Of a stretch of 64,000 nucleotides of DNA, positions 1 to 10,434 are shown piece by piece. The DNA comes from Psychroserpens sp. (lineage in GTDB: Bacteria; Bacteroidota; Bacteroidia; Flavobacteriales; Flavobacteriaceae). The stretch lies in NCBI RefSeq assembly GCF_034670085.1, contig NZ_JAXMOD010000005.1:228449-292448 (forward strand), written 5' to 3'. Each line of letters begins with the position of its first letter. Position 1 is the stretch's first letter. Under the pieces are notes generated by a model. The model saw nothing but the letters and a program-made list of their open reading frames with translations, did not search any database and had not been told where the DNA came from. Made by a program: the position numbers and the translations under genes.

Positions 1-525
1 CGATTTCCCAGCCTCTAAACCTTGTTTCAGTTTGATTAAAACAGCTTCTTCTTTTTGAGCGTCTTTATTTCCGGTTTTAGCAGCACGTTTGACTTTGTCC
101 AGTTTCTTTTCAACGGTTTCCAAATCTTTAAGCTGCAATTCCATGTCGATAGTTTCCTTATCACGAATTGGATCTACACTTCCGTCTACATGAACAATAT
201 TATCATTATCAAAACAACGCAATACATGAAGAATTGCATCTGTTTCACGAATGTTACCTAAGAATTGATTGCCTAAACCTTCACCTTTACTCGCACCTTT
301 TACTAGACCTGCGATATCAACAATCTCAACGGTTGCTGGTAAAACACGTTCAGGATTTACCAATGCCTCTAATTTCTGAAGTCTTGGATCTGGTACATTT
401 ACCACACCAATATTTGGTTCAATAGTACAAAATGGGAAATTTGCACTTTGTGCTTTAGCATTCGATAAACAATTAAATAAAGTTGATTTTCCTACGTTTG
501 GTAATCCTACTATTCCGGCTTTCAT
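1..525 (-). CDS. ychF: Ribosome-binding ATPase YchF (5' part only; the gene runs off the left edge of the window)
   Basis: Not in the ORF track. Minus-strand translation from the ATG at 525-523 gives [56 protein letters not shown]...[29 protein letters not shown]. It has the P-loop GLPNVGKST and a DxxG box (DIAG), which is the typical YchF/OLA1 N-terminus. Confidence 0.9.
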   Translation of the reverse strand, partial: MKAGIVGLPNVGKSTLFNCLSNAKAQSANFPFCTIEPNIGVVNVPDPRLQKLEALVNPERVLPATVEIVDIAGLVKGASKGEGLGNQFLGNIRETDAILHVLRCFDNDNIVHVDGSVDPIRDKETIDMELQLKDLETVEKKLDKVKRAAKTGNKDAQKEEAVLIKLKQGLEAGKS

Positions 526-580
526 AAATAATGATTTTTGCGAGTGCAAATATAGGTTTTCCTCTTGGAAATCATACGAA

Positions 581-709
581 CTAAAACTTAAAAAACATGA
601 GGTTGATAATTTGCCAAATAATCCAAACAAATACTAAGCCTACAATTGCAAAGAGTGTGCATCCTAAATATTTCCAAAACCCATTGTATTCTTTTTTACG
701 GTCTTCCAT
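581..709 (-). CDS. Possible 42-aa single-TM small protein (unlisted ORF)
   Basis: Minus [45 protein letters not shown] with one clear hydrophobic helix. It lies 55 nt upstream of ychF on the same strand and is below the track length cutoff. Confidence 0.3.
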   Translation of the reverse strand: MEDRKKEYNGFWKYLGCTLFAIVGLVFVWIIWQIINLMFFKF

Positions 710-1020
710 TCCTGCAAAATAAGAAAAAAAACACCATTATATATTGTAACAATATTTATCAAGTTTTGTCAATACTTTATAAGCCATCAGTCCAGAAAGT
801 ACAATTTTGTCTATTATTGTCTTCTTTTTTTATTCTCAATATTCAAGTTCTAGAATTTGAGGGTGTGATTTGTAAAGAACTAAAAACCATTGAGGTTAAT
901 AAGAAATAGATAATTGCTTTTTCATTTAAGGTAGGACTTTTAAGAATTAGCCTGTTTTATTACTATCAAAGGTAAAATTATAGTATCTTTTAAATCTTAA
1001 AACTCTAAAAACCAACCACT

Positions 1021-2151
1021 ATGAAATCACTCGTATTATCTTTCCTAGTATTTATAACTTTATGTGCTTGTAGTAAAGACGACAACAATTCAACAGATGA
1101 AACATTTGATATTACAGGTCAATTCTTAGCACCAAACGGTGTTGATCCAATTTCTAATGCTCGTGTAGGTGCTTATTTAAACTCTGAATTAAAATCTGAG
1201 ACTAGAACTGATGCTTCTGGAAATTATTCTTTATCTGTTGCAAAAGGCGACTACACCTTGGTATTAAATAAAGGGAAATTTAAAACAGAGCGTAACATTA
1301 GTTTAGAAAATGATTTAGCTATAGAAACTTTAAGTGTGGAAACACTTCCAAATATTGCTGTAGTTACTGGTTTATACGATAATATAGAAAGTGTTTTATA
1401 TAGTATTGGACTTTTTAATCCAATAACTGGCGAGCCTTTATTTGATATTATAGATGGTAATGATGGTTTTGATAGAAATGCGTTGAATCAAAATTCTAAA
1501 CATTCGCATGGACATTCTGCTTTACATAGGAGCTCAACCAATCCTCAATTGCAACCCAATGTAGACTTTAGTTTTGAAGATCTTATGGGTGATCAAGGTA
1601 TTTTAGGTACCTATGATATTGTGTTTTTAAACTGTGGTTTAACTGAAGAATTTGTCAATAATTCGAGTGTATTAGATACCTATGTTAGTGATGGAGGTAT
1701 TTTGTATACTACTGATTGGGCTGTTGGATACTTAGATGCAATCACAAACTCGGGTTCTGAATACTTAAGTCCTTATACACCTGCCAAAAGTGGCTCATCA
1801 GTATCAACTGTTGCCACAATTTTGGATGGTGATTTAAGTGCTTGGTTATTGCTTAATTTTAATATCTCAATTGAAGACACGGTTGAAATTGATGATTTTC
1901 TACCATCGTGGCAAGTCATTGATTCTTATGATAATGCAACAACAATGTCTTGGCTAAATGGTCCTGTTACGTATTGGGATGATACTAATACAGATATCTC
2001 TGAAAACAAAGACTTAGCATTTACATTCTTACATGGTGATGGTGGTGTCTTTTACTCTTCCTTTCATACTGAAAATCATGATGTTGAAGTTGTTACCGAA
2101 GTAGAAAGAATTATGCAGTTTTTAGTATTTGAAATGTCTGATTTACAATAA
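1021..2151 (+). CDS. Lipoprotein of unknown function with a carboxypeptidase-regulatory-like beta-sandwich N-domain
   Basis: Lipobox-like signal MKSLVLSFLVFITLCAC-S. The stretch ARVGAYLNSELKSETRTDASGNYSLSVAKGDYTLVL resembles a CarboxypepD_reg fold. The rest is not recognised. Confidence 0.7.
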   Translation: MKSLVLSFLVFITLCACSKDDNNSTDETFDITGQFLAPNGVDPISNARVGAYLNSELKSETRTDASGNYSLSVAKGDYTLVLNKGKFKTERNISLENDLAIETLSVETLPNIAVVTGLYDNIESVLYSIGLFNPITGEPLFDIIDGNDGFDRNALNQNSKHSHGHSALHRSSTNPQLQPNVDFSFEDLMGDQGILGTYDIVFLNCGLTEEFVNNSSVLDTYVSDGGILYTTDWAVGYLDAITNSGSEYLSPYTPAKSGSSVSTVATILDGDLSAWLLLNFNISIEDTVEIDDFLPSWQVIDSYDNATTMSWLNGPVTYWDDTNTDISENKDLAFTFLHGDGGVFYSSFHTENHDVEVVTEVERIMQFLVFEMSDLQ

Positions 2152-2167
2152 CAAACTAGAATAACAC

Positions 2168-2204
2168 AAAAAAAATCCCAAGTTAATACTTTGGGATTTT
2201 TTTG
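2168..2204. terminator. Bidirectional intrinsic terminator between convergent genes
   Basis: A-run, stem atcccaa (2175-2181) / ttgggat (2191-2197), then T-run. It lies between the stops at 2151 (+) and 2225 (-). Confidence 0.8.
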
Positions 2205-2224
2205 TTTTAAATAGTGTTTTTCGT

Positions 2225-2623
<399 letters not shown>

Positions 2624-2663
2624 TTATATTCTCTTCTTTTAGCACATTTCTTTTTCGTTTGCG

Positions 2664-2671
2664 TAAATTTG
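2664..2671 (+). promoter_or_regulatory. Bacteroidota -7 promoter box (TAAATTTG)
   Basis: Exact match to TAnnTTTG about 45 nt upstream of the ATG at 2716. It lies inside the TTG-started extension given in the ORF track, which argues for the shorter gene model. No clean TTG -33 box was seen. Confidence 0.35.
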
Positions 2672-2715
2672 CAACTGCAAAAATAAAGCCAAAACATCGT
2701 ATAACCAAACTCAAG

Positions 2716-3777
2716 ATGGATTTACAACAAAGAATTAACGCATTTGTAAAATTAGGAGATTTTTTAAGTCAATTTACTAATGAAGGAATTCAAGAAATTG
2801 AGGATATTCCTTTTAATGATTTGTTTTTTGAAGGCTTTCAGCATCAAATTATACTGGCTCATGAACATAATGGTTGGTTTAAAAAAGACAATATTCTTTT
2901 CGCTTTACAAGGTTGGTCTAATCAATTGAATAATAAGCAACTTAGCCAATGGTTGGATAAGTATAAGTTCACAAAAGAAAACCAAAAAACAATTGCCATA
3001 ATTATGGCAGGAAATATTCCATTAGTAGGTTTTCATGATTTTTTAAGTGTTTTAATTACTGGACATCATGTTTTGGTAAAGCAATCGTCTAATGACAAAC
3101 ACTTATTACCCTTTTTAGCCAAGTATTTAGAACATGTTGAACCCGAATTTAAAGGTCGAATTCAATTTACAGAATCCAAGCTTGAAAATTTCGATGCCGT
3201 TATTGCTACAGGAAGTGATAATACAGCTCGTTATTTCGAATATTATTTTAAAGACAAACCTTCAATCATTAGAAAAAACAGAAACTCAGTTGCGGTATTA
3301 ACTGGTGCTGAGTCAGAAGATGAGTTAAAAGCATTATCAGAGGATATTTTTAGATATTATGGATTAGGTTGTAGAAACGTGTCTAAATTATTTGTGCCAA
3401 AAGGTTACGATTTTGATAGCTTTTTTAAAGCTATGTACGAGTGGCATCCAATTATACATGAAAATAAATACGCCAATAATTACGATTATAATAAAGCCGT
3501 ATACTTGATGAGTGAATTTAAGATGCTTGAAAACGGTTTTTTAATGCTTAAAGAAGATGAAAGTTACTCCTCACCTATTGCAACAATCTTTTTTGAACAT
3601 TATGAATCTTTAAAAGAATTAAAAGAAGTGCTTCTATTGAAAAAGGAGCAAATACAGTGTGTTGTTTCTAATGGTTTTGTTGATGATGAAATTAAATTTG
3701 GGCAAACACAATCTCCAAACCTTTGGGATTATGCAGATGGTGTTGATACTATTTCGTTTTCGTTGACAATCTGTTAA
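2716..3777 (+). CDS. LuxC-like acyl-CoA reductase family protein
   Basis: The translation from MDLQQRINAFVKLGDFLSQF... with IIMAGNIPLVGFHDFLSVLITGH matches my memory of the flavobacterial acyl-CoA reductase (LuxC) family. The start is moved to the first ATG (2716) because of the promoter box at 2664. Confidence 0.65.
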   Translation: MDLQQRINAFVKLGDFLSQFTNEGIQEIEDIPFNDLFFEGFQHQIILAHEHNGWFKKDNILFALQGWSNQLNNKQLSQWLDKYKFTKENQKTIAIIMAGNIPLVGFHDFLSVLITGHHVLVKQSSNDKHLLPFLAKYLEHVEPEFKGRIQFTESKLENFDAVIATGSDNTARYFEYYFKDKPSIIRKNRNSVAVLTGAESEDELKALSEDIFRYYGLGCRNVSKLFVPKGYDFDSFFKAMYEWHPIIHENKYANNYDYNKAVYLMSEFKMLENGFLMLKEDESYSSPIATIFFEHYESLKELKEVLLLKKEQIQCVVSNGFVDDEIKFGQTQSPNLWDYADGVDTISFSLTIC

Positions 3778-3881
3778 TAATTAATCAGTTTATTACCACT
3801 TATTTTATCAGAATTTATGACCTTTGTAAGTGTAAAATCATAATATATTCTCCGTTTTATCGAAACTTAAATATCAAATAA

Positions 3882-4943
3882 ATGAAAAGACATAATTTTA
3901 GTGCAGGACCTTGTATTTTACCTGGTGAAGTACTACAAAAAGCTTCAGAAGCCGTAATTAATTTTGACAACGGACTTTCACTTTTAGAAATATCGCACAG
4001 AAGTAAACCTTTTGTAGATGTTATGGAAAACGCAAGAGCTTTAGCATTAGAGTTATTAGGACTTGAAGGAAAAGGCTACAAAGCTTTATTTCTACAAGGA
4101 GGAGCAAGTACTCAGTTTTTAATGGTGGCACTAAATTTATTAGAAAAAAGAGCTGGATATTTAAATACAGGAACTTGGAGTGATAAGGCTATAAAAGAAG
4201 CAAGGATTTTTGATGATGTCTATGAAGTTGCTTCTTCAAAAGAAGCTAACTTTAATTATATTCCTAAAGGATATGATATCCCTTCAGAATACGATTACTT
4301 TCACTGTACTTCAAACAATACCATTTTTGGTACACAAATGAAAGAGTTTCCAAAGTCACCTATTCCAATGGTTTGCGATATGAGTAGTGATATTTTTTCA
4401 CGAGAGTTAGATTTTTCAAAGTTTGATTTAATTTATGCAGGAGCACAAAAAAACATGGGACCTGCAGGTGCAACACTAGTGGTTGTTAAAGAAGATATCT
4501 TGGGAAAAGTATCGCGTAAGATTCCGTCTATGATGGATTATAAAGTTCACATCAGCAAAAGCAGTATGTTTAATACACCTCCTGTATTTCCAGTATATGT
4601 TTCTATGTTAACTTTACAATGGTTGAAAAATTTAGGCGGTATAAAGGCCATCGAAAAGGAAAACGATAAGAAAGCACAATTGATTTATTCAGAAATAGAT
4701 CTTAACCCGTTGTTTAAAGGGTATTCTACAAAAGCAGATCGTTCAACTATGAATGCAACCTTTACTTTGGCTAACGAAGACTTGAAAGAAACATTTGAGA
4801 CAATGATTAAAGAAGCTGGTATTAATGGGTTAAATGGACATAGAAGTGTTGGTGGCTATAGAGCTTCAATGTATAACGCATTATCACTAGAAAGTGTTGG
4901 TGTTCTCGTCGATGTCATGAGTGAATTAGAACGTAAAGCATAA
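3882..4943 (+). CDS. serC: Phosphoserine aminotransferase
   Basis: MKRHNFSAGPCILPGEVL..., FLQGGASTQF, YAGAQKNMGPAG (PLP-lysine region), GGYRASMYNA. These are canonical SerC motifs. Confidence 0.93.
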   Translation: MKRHNFSAGPCILPGEVLQKASEAVINFDNGLSLLEISHRSKPFVDVMENARALALELLGLEGKGYKALFLQGGASTQFLMVALNLLEKRAGYLNTGTWSDKAIKEARIFDDVYEVASSKEANFNYIPKGYDIPSEYDYFHCTSNNTIFGTQMKEFPKSPIPMVCDMSSDIFSRELDFSKFDLIYAGAQKNMGPAGATLVVVKEDILGKVSRKIPSMMDYKVHISKSSMFNTPPVFPVYVSMLTLQWLKNLGGIKAIEKENDKKAQLIYSEIDLNPLFKGYSTKADRSTMNATFTLANEDLKETFETMIKEAGINGLNGHRSVGGYRASMYNALSLESVGVLVDVMSELERKA

Positions 4944-5028
4944 TATACTTTGTTTTAAATAGTGCTTACGCAATCAAAATAAATAAACTAATAAGATTTC
5001 CTATATCGAGGAAATAAAACATTTTTAA

Positions 5029-5979
5029 ATGAAAGTATTAGCAAACGATGGTGTTTCGCAAAGCGGAATAGATGCCTTAGAAAATGCAGGTTTTGAAGTA
5101 ATAACAACAACTGTTGCACAAGAACAATTAGAAAACTATATAAACGATAATAATATTACCGTTTTATTAGTTAGAAGTGCGACAACGGTTAGAAAAAATA
5201 TAATAGACAACTGCCCTAGCCTGAAAATAATTGGTCGTGGTGGAGTTGGTATGGACAATATTGATGTAGACTATGCGAGAAGTAAAGGACTTCATGTAAT
5301 CAACACACCTGCTGCTTCTTCTCATTCAGTGGCAGAATTGGTATTTGGTCATTTCTATGGATTAGCACGTTTTTTACACAATTCAAATCGCGATATGCCA
5401 TTAGAAGGCGATGCAAATTTTAAAGGCTTAAAGAAATCTTATGCTAAAGGCACTGAACTAAAAGGAAAAACTCTTGGAGTTTTAGGCTTTGGACGCATAG
5501 GTCAAGCTACAGCAAAAGTTGCCATTGGTGCAGGAATGAAAGTAGTTGCATTTGACCCTTTTATGGAGAAAGCAAATTTAGAGTTAGAATTTTTTGATGG
5601 ACAAAAAGTAAATTTCGAGATTACAATGTCTTCTAAAGAAGAGGTATTAAAACAAGCCGACTTTCTAACATTACATGTGCCTGCTCAAAAAGATTATGTT
5701 ATTGATGAAGCTGAATTCAATCAAATGAAAAATGGTGTTATAATCGCTAATGCAGCACGTGGTGGTGTTATAAATGAAGTCGCACTTGTTAAAGCTATCG
5801 AAAGCGGTAAAGTATCTAGAGCTGCATTAGATGTTTTTGAAAAAGAACCTAAACCAGAAATTCAACTACTAATGAATCCTGCTTTATCACTAACACCTCA
5901 CACAGGTGCAGCAACAAATGAAGCACAAGATAGAATTGGTACTGAATTGGCAGATCAAATTATAAGTCTATTAAAATAA
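5029..5979 (+). CDS. serA: D-3-phosphoglycerate dehydrogenase (short form, D-2-hydroxyacid dehydrogenase family)
   Basis: NAD-binding motif GVLGFGRIGQATA, catalytic region ANAARGGVI...ALDVFEKEP, and HTGAAT. It lies immediately downstream of serC. Confidence 0.85.
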   Translation: MKVLANDGVSQSGIDALENAGFEVITTTVAQEQLENYINDNNITVLLVRSATTVRKNIIDNCPSLKIIGRGGVGMDNIDVDYARSKGLHVINTPAASSHSVAELVFGHFYGLARFLHNSNRDMPLEGDANFKGLKKSYAKGTELKGKTLGVLGFGRIGQATAKVAIGAGMKVVAFDPFMEKANLELEFFDGQKVNFEITMSSKEEVLKQADFLTLHVPAQKDYVIDEAEFNQMKNGVIIANAARGGVINEVALVKAIESGKVSRAALDVFEKEPKPEIQLLMNPALSLTPHTGAATNEAQDRIGTELADQIISLLK

Positions 5980-6012
5980 GTCATTAAAAATGTGACCTAA
6001 ACAAAAAAAATG

Positions 6013-6040
6013 AGTCCTAATAAATGTTAGGACTTTTTTG
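6013..6040 (+). terminator. Intrinsic terminator after serA
   Basis: Stem agtcctaa (6013-6020) / ttaggact (6027-6034) followed by tttttt. Confidence 0.8.
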
Positions 6041-6080
6041 TATCTTGAAAGTCCAATTAAATTAATCTTATAAATATATT

Positions 6081-6722
6081 ATGTCAGGAATTTTAGACTT
6101 ATTAAACAGTGACTTAGGGAAAACTATTATTAGTGGTGTCTCTGGTCAAACCAATCAACCTCAAAACAAAACTCAGGATGTATTAACCATGGCTTTGCCT
6201 GTATTAATGCAAGCAATGAAGCGTAATGCTTCAACTCCTGAAGGTGCCCAAGGATTAATGGGAGCTTTAAATAGTAAACACGATGGAAGTATTCTAGATA
6301 ACCTTAGTGGTTTATTTGGTGGTGGTGTTGATGATAACGTAATGAATGATGGAAGTAAAATTCTTGGACACGTATTAGGTAATAAACAACAAAGAGTTGA
6401 GCAAAATTTAGGTGCAAAGGCTGGAATGGATGCAAGTTCAGTTGCTCAAATTTTAAAAGTTGCTGCTCCAATTTTAATGGGTGTTTTAGGAAAGCAATCT
6501 CGTCAAAATAACGTGAGCTCTCCAAATGACTTAGGTGGTCTTTTAGGAGGTTTGTTAAGCGGAAATTCGCAACAACAAGAGCAAAGCTTTTTAGAATCGA
6601 TGTTAGATGCCGATGGAGACGGAAGTATTATTGATGATGTTGCAGGAATGGTTCTTGGAGGAGATAAAAAGAAAGGTGGACTTGGAGGACTTTTAGGAGG
6701 TCTTTTTGGAGGAAAGAATTAA
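6081..6722 (+). CDS. DUF937-like protein with a Gly-rich tail
   Basis: MSGILDLLNSDLGKTIISGVSG...ALPVLMQAMKRNASTPEGAQGLMGAL and the repeated AAPILMGVLGK module resemble the DUF937 family as I remember it. The C-terminus is GGLGGLLGGLFGG. Confidence 0.7.
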   Translation: MSGILDLLNSDLGKTIISGVSGQTNQPQNKTQDVLTMALPVLMQAMKRNASTPEGAQGLMGALNSKHDGSILDNLSGLFGGGVDDNVMNDGSKILGHVLGNKQQRVEQNLGAKAGMDASSVAQILKVAAPILMGVLGKQSRQNNVSSPNDLGGLLGGLLSGNSQQQEQSFLESMLDADGDGSIIDDVAGMVLGGDKKKGGLGGLLGGLFGGKN

Positions 6723-6744
6723 CACACTTTTTTATTACATATTA

Positions 6745-6773
6745 AAAAGCTGGACTTAGGTCTGGCTTTTTTG
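6745..6773 (+). terminator. Intrinsic terminator
   Basis: Stem agctggac / gtctggct (two G-U pairs) followed by tttttt. Confidence 0.65.
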
Positions 6774-6838
6774 CTTCTACTCTGTTTGTGAATTAAATAC
6801 AACTGAAGAATTTTGTAACTTTATAAATAAAAATCGTT

Positions 6839-7270
6839 ATGAAAACTTTTATTAAATTTTGTTTGGTGATTCTGTTACTTACAAGTTGTAACAGTGCACA
6901 AAGTGTTGTTGATACAAGTCAAGAGGCAGAGATACCAGAAGACGATATTGTTAGAATTGCTAATGATAAAATAGAATATGAAATTATCATTATTGAACCT
7001 GGTTTTAATAGCTGGCTAAATTCTACTGCAAGGCCAGAAGGTTACTATTCGCAATCCTACATGGAAACAAGGAATAGAATTTATGTACAAGAATGGAATA
7101 ATAGAGTTATGCAGGTTAATAGATTTGATTCTGGTCTATACGAATTTCAAATAGATTACAACCCAAATATAGATTACGGTTATGATGTGAACTACAAATT
7201 ATATAACTATTTTATTTACTTTCAACTAAAACATAATCAAAAATTAGGTCCAATCCAACCAAGAATTTAG
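6839..7270 (+). CDS. Small lipoprotein of unknown function
   Basis: Signal plus lipobox MKTFIKFCLVILLLTSC-N. The conserved-looking block is IIIIEPGFNSWL...YYSQSYMETRNRIYVQEWNNRV. Confidence 0.7.
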   Translation: MKTFIKFCLVILLLTSCNSAQSVVDTSQEAEIPEDDIVRIANDKIEYEIIIIEPGFNSWLNSTARPEGYYSQSYMETRNRIYVQEWNNRVMQVNRFDSGLYEFQIDYNPNIDYGYDVNYKLYNYFIYFQLKHNQKLGPIQPRI

Positions 7271-7297
7271 ATTACCTTTGCAAAATCATTTTAGATT

Positions 7298-7795
7298 ATG
7301 TTAGAGAAATTTAAATTACGATGGGAAATCCAAGAAAATTGGCAACTTTTGTTTCCTATACTTGGTTTGTCAGGATTGGGATATAGTGCGTGGAAACTTG
7401 CAGTAAGACTTACTAATGCCTATTCTATAATCTTTACAATTGCTACAGCAGTTTTGTTGTTGTTTATACTCTTAAAATTAACCTTATATATTTTCAAGAA
7501 ACTAGAACACAAATGGATTTTAGATTATAAATGGGAAATGATACGAGTCTTTATCGTATTTGCAGTAACGGGATCATCTTCGCTATTTGTAGGAAGACCA
7601 ATAATGAAGCTCATAGGAATTACTAAAGAAAACTTAAACCCTATTCTTTATTGGGTATTATTCATTATTATTGGACTAATTTTCTACCAAATACTTTTAG
7701 TTATGTTTGGTTGGCTTTTTGGTCAATTTAAATTCTTCTGGGAATTTGAAAAGAAAATGCTCAACCGATTTGGTTTAGGTAAATGGATTAATTAG
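7298..7795 (+). CDS. Integral membrane protein of unknown function (about 4 TM)
   Basis: Hydrophobic segments LLFPILGLSGLGY, IIFTIATAVLLLFILLKLTLYIF, VFIVFAVTGSSSLFV and ILYWVLFIIIGLIFYQILLVMFGWLF. Its stop overlaps the next start (TAGTG). Confidence 0.7.
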   Translation: MLEKFKLRWEIQENWQLLFPILGLSGLGYSAWKLAVRLTNAYSIIFTIATAVLLLFILLKLTLYIFKKLEHKWILDYKWEMIRVFIVFAVTGSSSLFVGRPIMKLIGITKENLNPILYWVLFIIIGLIFYQILLVMFGWLFGQFKFFWEFEKKMLNRFGLGKWIN

Positions 7796-8127
7796 TGAAT
7801 AACTACAAACAACATATCGCTTTTAGAATAGCTACAGTTTTTATTGTACTTTGTTTGGTATTGCCTACCGTTGTTAAGATGTCACATGCATTTAGCAATC
7901 ATGAGCATGACGTTTGTCTTGTTGAAAATCAATCACATTTTCATGAAATTGATTCAGATTGTGAATTTTATAAGTTCAATGTTAACCATCAAACAACATT
8001 AACCTATTTTAGTTTCAGTCCATTTGAAGCTGATGAAAGTCAAAACCTCATTGCTTCTAAATATTTATTTTTAAGCACTTTTCAGAAACTTCATTTTTCA
8101 CTTCGAGGTCCACCTTTTAATAGTTAA
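7795..8127 (+). CDS. Small membrane-anchored His/Cys-rich protein
   Basis: GTG start overlapping the upstream stop. It has one N-terminal TM (IATVFIVLCLVLPTVV), then HAFSNHEHDVC...SHFHEIDSDCEF. It lies directly upstream of the TonB-dependent receptor. Confidence 0.6.
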   Translation: MNNYKQHIAFRIATVFIVLCLVLPTVVKMSHAFSNHEHDVCLVENQSHFHEIDSDCEFYKFNVNHQTTLTYFSFSPFEADESQNLIASKYLFLSTFQKLHFSLRGPPFNS

Positions 8128-8192
8128 TATTTTTCTGCTACTGATAACACTTAATTATCAGTCAATTTTTAACTATTAAAATTCAATATACA

Positions 8193-10424
8193 ATGAAAAC
8201 AAATTATGTTTTTGTATTACTATTTTTGGTAATACAAACCTTATGGTCACAAAATACATTACAAGGAAAAGTAACAGATGCAGACTCAAATGCAGCATTA
8301 GTTTACGTAAACATCTATCTTCCTGAACTAGAAAAAGGAACCGTTACTAATGAAAATGGTACTTTCGAACTATACAATATTCCAAATGGGAACTATAAAA
8401 TTATAGTATCGTTTGTAGGCTATGAAACCTATTCGCAAACACTAAGTTTTCCAACCACAGAAAACTTATCTATCACATTAACGCATTCAGCAATTGAAAT
8501 GGAAGAAATCATAATTTCTACACCTTTTCATAAACTCCAAAGCGAAAATGTAATGAAGGTTGAGCGAAAAGACGTTAAGGAATTACGAGTGCAAGGTGCA
8601 GTTAACCTTATTGATGGCATTAGTAATATCGCTGGAGTAAATAATGTGAGTACAGGAATAAGCATTGGTAAGCCTGTCATTAGAGGTTTGAGCTCGAATA
8701 GAGTTTTGGTGTATACTCAAGGTGTTCGATTAGAAAATCAACAATATGGTGATGAACACGGTTTAGGGATAAACGATGCTGGAATTGAAAGTGTTGAAGT
8801 GATAAAAGGACCTGCTTCTCTACTCTATGGAAGTGATGCGCTTGGAGGTGTTTTATATTTGAATCCAGAGCGTTTTGCAGATGAAAACTCATCAGAAGGA
8901 AACTTGCAAACACGATTTTTTACTAATACTCAGGGTTACAATTCTAGTGCAGGTTTTAAAGCCTCTGGGTCAGAATTTAAATTTCTTTTTAGAGGTAGCC
9001 TTTCCGAACATTCAGATTATGAAACGCCAGATTATAGGGTTACCAACACTAGATTTAGAGAACAAGATTTTAAAGCTGGTTTAGGATATCAAAAGAATAA
9101 TTTCAAAACAGAATTGCGGTATAACCTTAATAATGCAAAACTTGGGATACCTGAAGACATTGGAGAGCAAAGCACAAACAGAACACCTTTAGAACCCTTT
9201 CAGGAAATCACGAATCACATATTTAGTTCTAAATCTACCGTGTTTTTTAATAATTCTAGTTTAGACTTTACATTTGGCTTTACGTATAATGATAGAAAAG
9301 AATTTGAAGATCATCATCATGAAGAAGATCTTGAGGAAAACGAAGAAGAACATGAGGATGAGGAGCATGAGGAAGACGAAGAAGCAGCGCTTCACATGAA
9401 ATTGAAAACTTTCAATTATAATATTAAATATAATCTTCCAAAATTTGGTCGTTTTGAAACTATTGTTGGTGTACAAGGAATGAATCAAGTAAACACAAAC
9501 TATGGAGAAGAAATTTTAATTCCGAATGCTATAACCAATGATATTGGAATTCTGGCAACTTCTCATATTCATTTTAAAACTGTAGATATTCAACTTGGAG
9601 CTCGTTTTGATAATAGAACTATAGATATAAATAATGCAATAACTAAAGACTTTAATAGTTTTAACGGTGCTTTTGGAATAAAAACAGATCTGTTTAAAAA
9701 AGTTACTGCACGTTTAAATTTGGCAACAGGATTTAGAGCGCCCAATTTATCTGAATTAGCATCTGATGGGACTCATGAAGGCACAAATCGATATGAAATC
9801 GGTAATATTGATTTAAATAATGAGCAGAATTTTCAAATAGATTTTGCTTTAGAATATACCAATGAACATGTTGAGATATTTGCTAATGCATTTTATAATA
9901 GTATCAACGATTATATTTTCTTAAATCCTAATGGTGAATTTATAGATGAAAATCCAGTTTTTCTTTATCAACAAGATAATGCAAGACTTTATGGTGGAGA
10001 ATTCGGTTTTCATTTTCATCCACATCCTATAGATTGGTTGCATGTGGAATCAAGTTTTGAAACGGTAACTGGTCAATTAGATGATGATAGTTATTTACCT
10101 CTAATTCCGGCCAACACACTGAATAATACAATAAGAGTTGAATTTGAAAGAAATTGGTTCAAAGAAGGTTATGCTTATGTAAAATACAGTTCTACTTTTA
10201 ATCAGAAAAAAGTGAGTGATTTTGAAAGCACAACTAAAGGATTTAACCTATTAAGTGCTGGATTTGGAGCCACTGTAAAATTATTCGAAAAAAATCTAGA
10301 TATCAGCATAGCAGCTAATAATTTAACAGATGAACGGTTTACAAATCATTTATCTCGTTTAAAACCAGATGGAATATTAAATATCGGACGTAATATTAGT
10401 TTTGGCTTGAATTATACACTGTAA
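8193..10424 (+). CDS. TonB-dependent receptor with CarboxypepD_reg N-domain and an internal His/Glu/Asp-rich loop
   Basis: Signal peptide; LQGKVTDADSNAALVYVNIYL...GNYKIIVSFVGYET (CarboxypepD_reg); plug motif VIKGPASLLYGSDALGGVLYL; beta-barrel C-terminus GRNISFGLNYTL. The acidic/His loop DHHHEEDLEENEEEHEDEEHEEDEE is encoded at 9309-9383. Confidence 0.88.
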   Translation: MKTNYVFVLLFLVIQTLWSQNTLQGKVTDADSNAALVYVNIYLPELEKGTVTNENGTFELYNIPNGNYKIIVSFVGYETYSQTLSFPTTENLSITLTHSAIEMEEIIISTPFHKLQSENVMKVERKDVKELRVQGAVNLIDGISNIAGVNNVSTGISIGKPVIRGLSSNRVLVYTQGVRLENQQYGDEHGLGINDAGIESVEVIKGPASLLYGSDALGGVLYLNPERFADENSSEGNLQTRFFTNTQGYNSSAGFKASGSEFKFLFRGSLSEHSDYETPDYRVTNTRFREQDFKAGLGYQKNNFKTELRYNLNNAKLGIPEDIGEQSTNRTPLEPFQEITNHIFSSKSTVFFNNSSLDFTFGFTYNDRKEFEDHHHEEDLEENEEEHEDEEHEEDEEAALHMKLKTFNYNIKYNLPKFGRFETIVGVQGMNQVNTNYGEEILIPNAITNDIGILATSHIHFKTVDIQLGARFDNRTIDINNAITKDFNSFNGAFGIKTDLFKKVTARLNLATGFRAPNLSELASDGTHEGTNRYEIGNIDLNNEQNFQIDFALEYTNEHVEIFANAFYNSINDYIFLNPNGEFIDENPVFLYQQDNARLYGGEFGFHFHPHPIDWLHVESSFETVTGQLDDDSYLPLIPANTLNNTIRVEFERNWFKEGYAYVKYSSTFNQKKVSDFESTTKGFNLLSAGFGATVKLFEKNLDISIAANNLTDERFTNHLSRLKPDGILNIGRNISFGLNYTL

Positions 10425-10434
10425 TATATAACTG

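Noticed and set aside
55-425. Two + strand ORFs (55-261 and 168-425) at the left edge of the window.
   Set aside because: They are antisense to the unmistakable ychF reading frame (P-loop GLPNVGKST). Their sequences are nonsense-like.
646-909. 87-aa + strand ORF upstream of the lipoprotein gene.
   Set aside because: It has no recognisable features. It overlaps the more membrane-like 42-codon minus ORF and runs through what looks like promoter and AT-rich spacer sequence. The composition looks non-coding.
9309-9383. His/Glu/Asp-rich stretch in the TonB-dependent receptor as a possible frameshift, low-complexity artefact or pseudogene signature.
   Set aside because: The reading frame is continuous, with normal receptor motifs on both sides (plug upstream, barrel strands and a C-terminal strand downstream). 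Codon usage within the stretch is varied (gaa/gag, cat, gat/gac) rather than a simple repeat.
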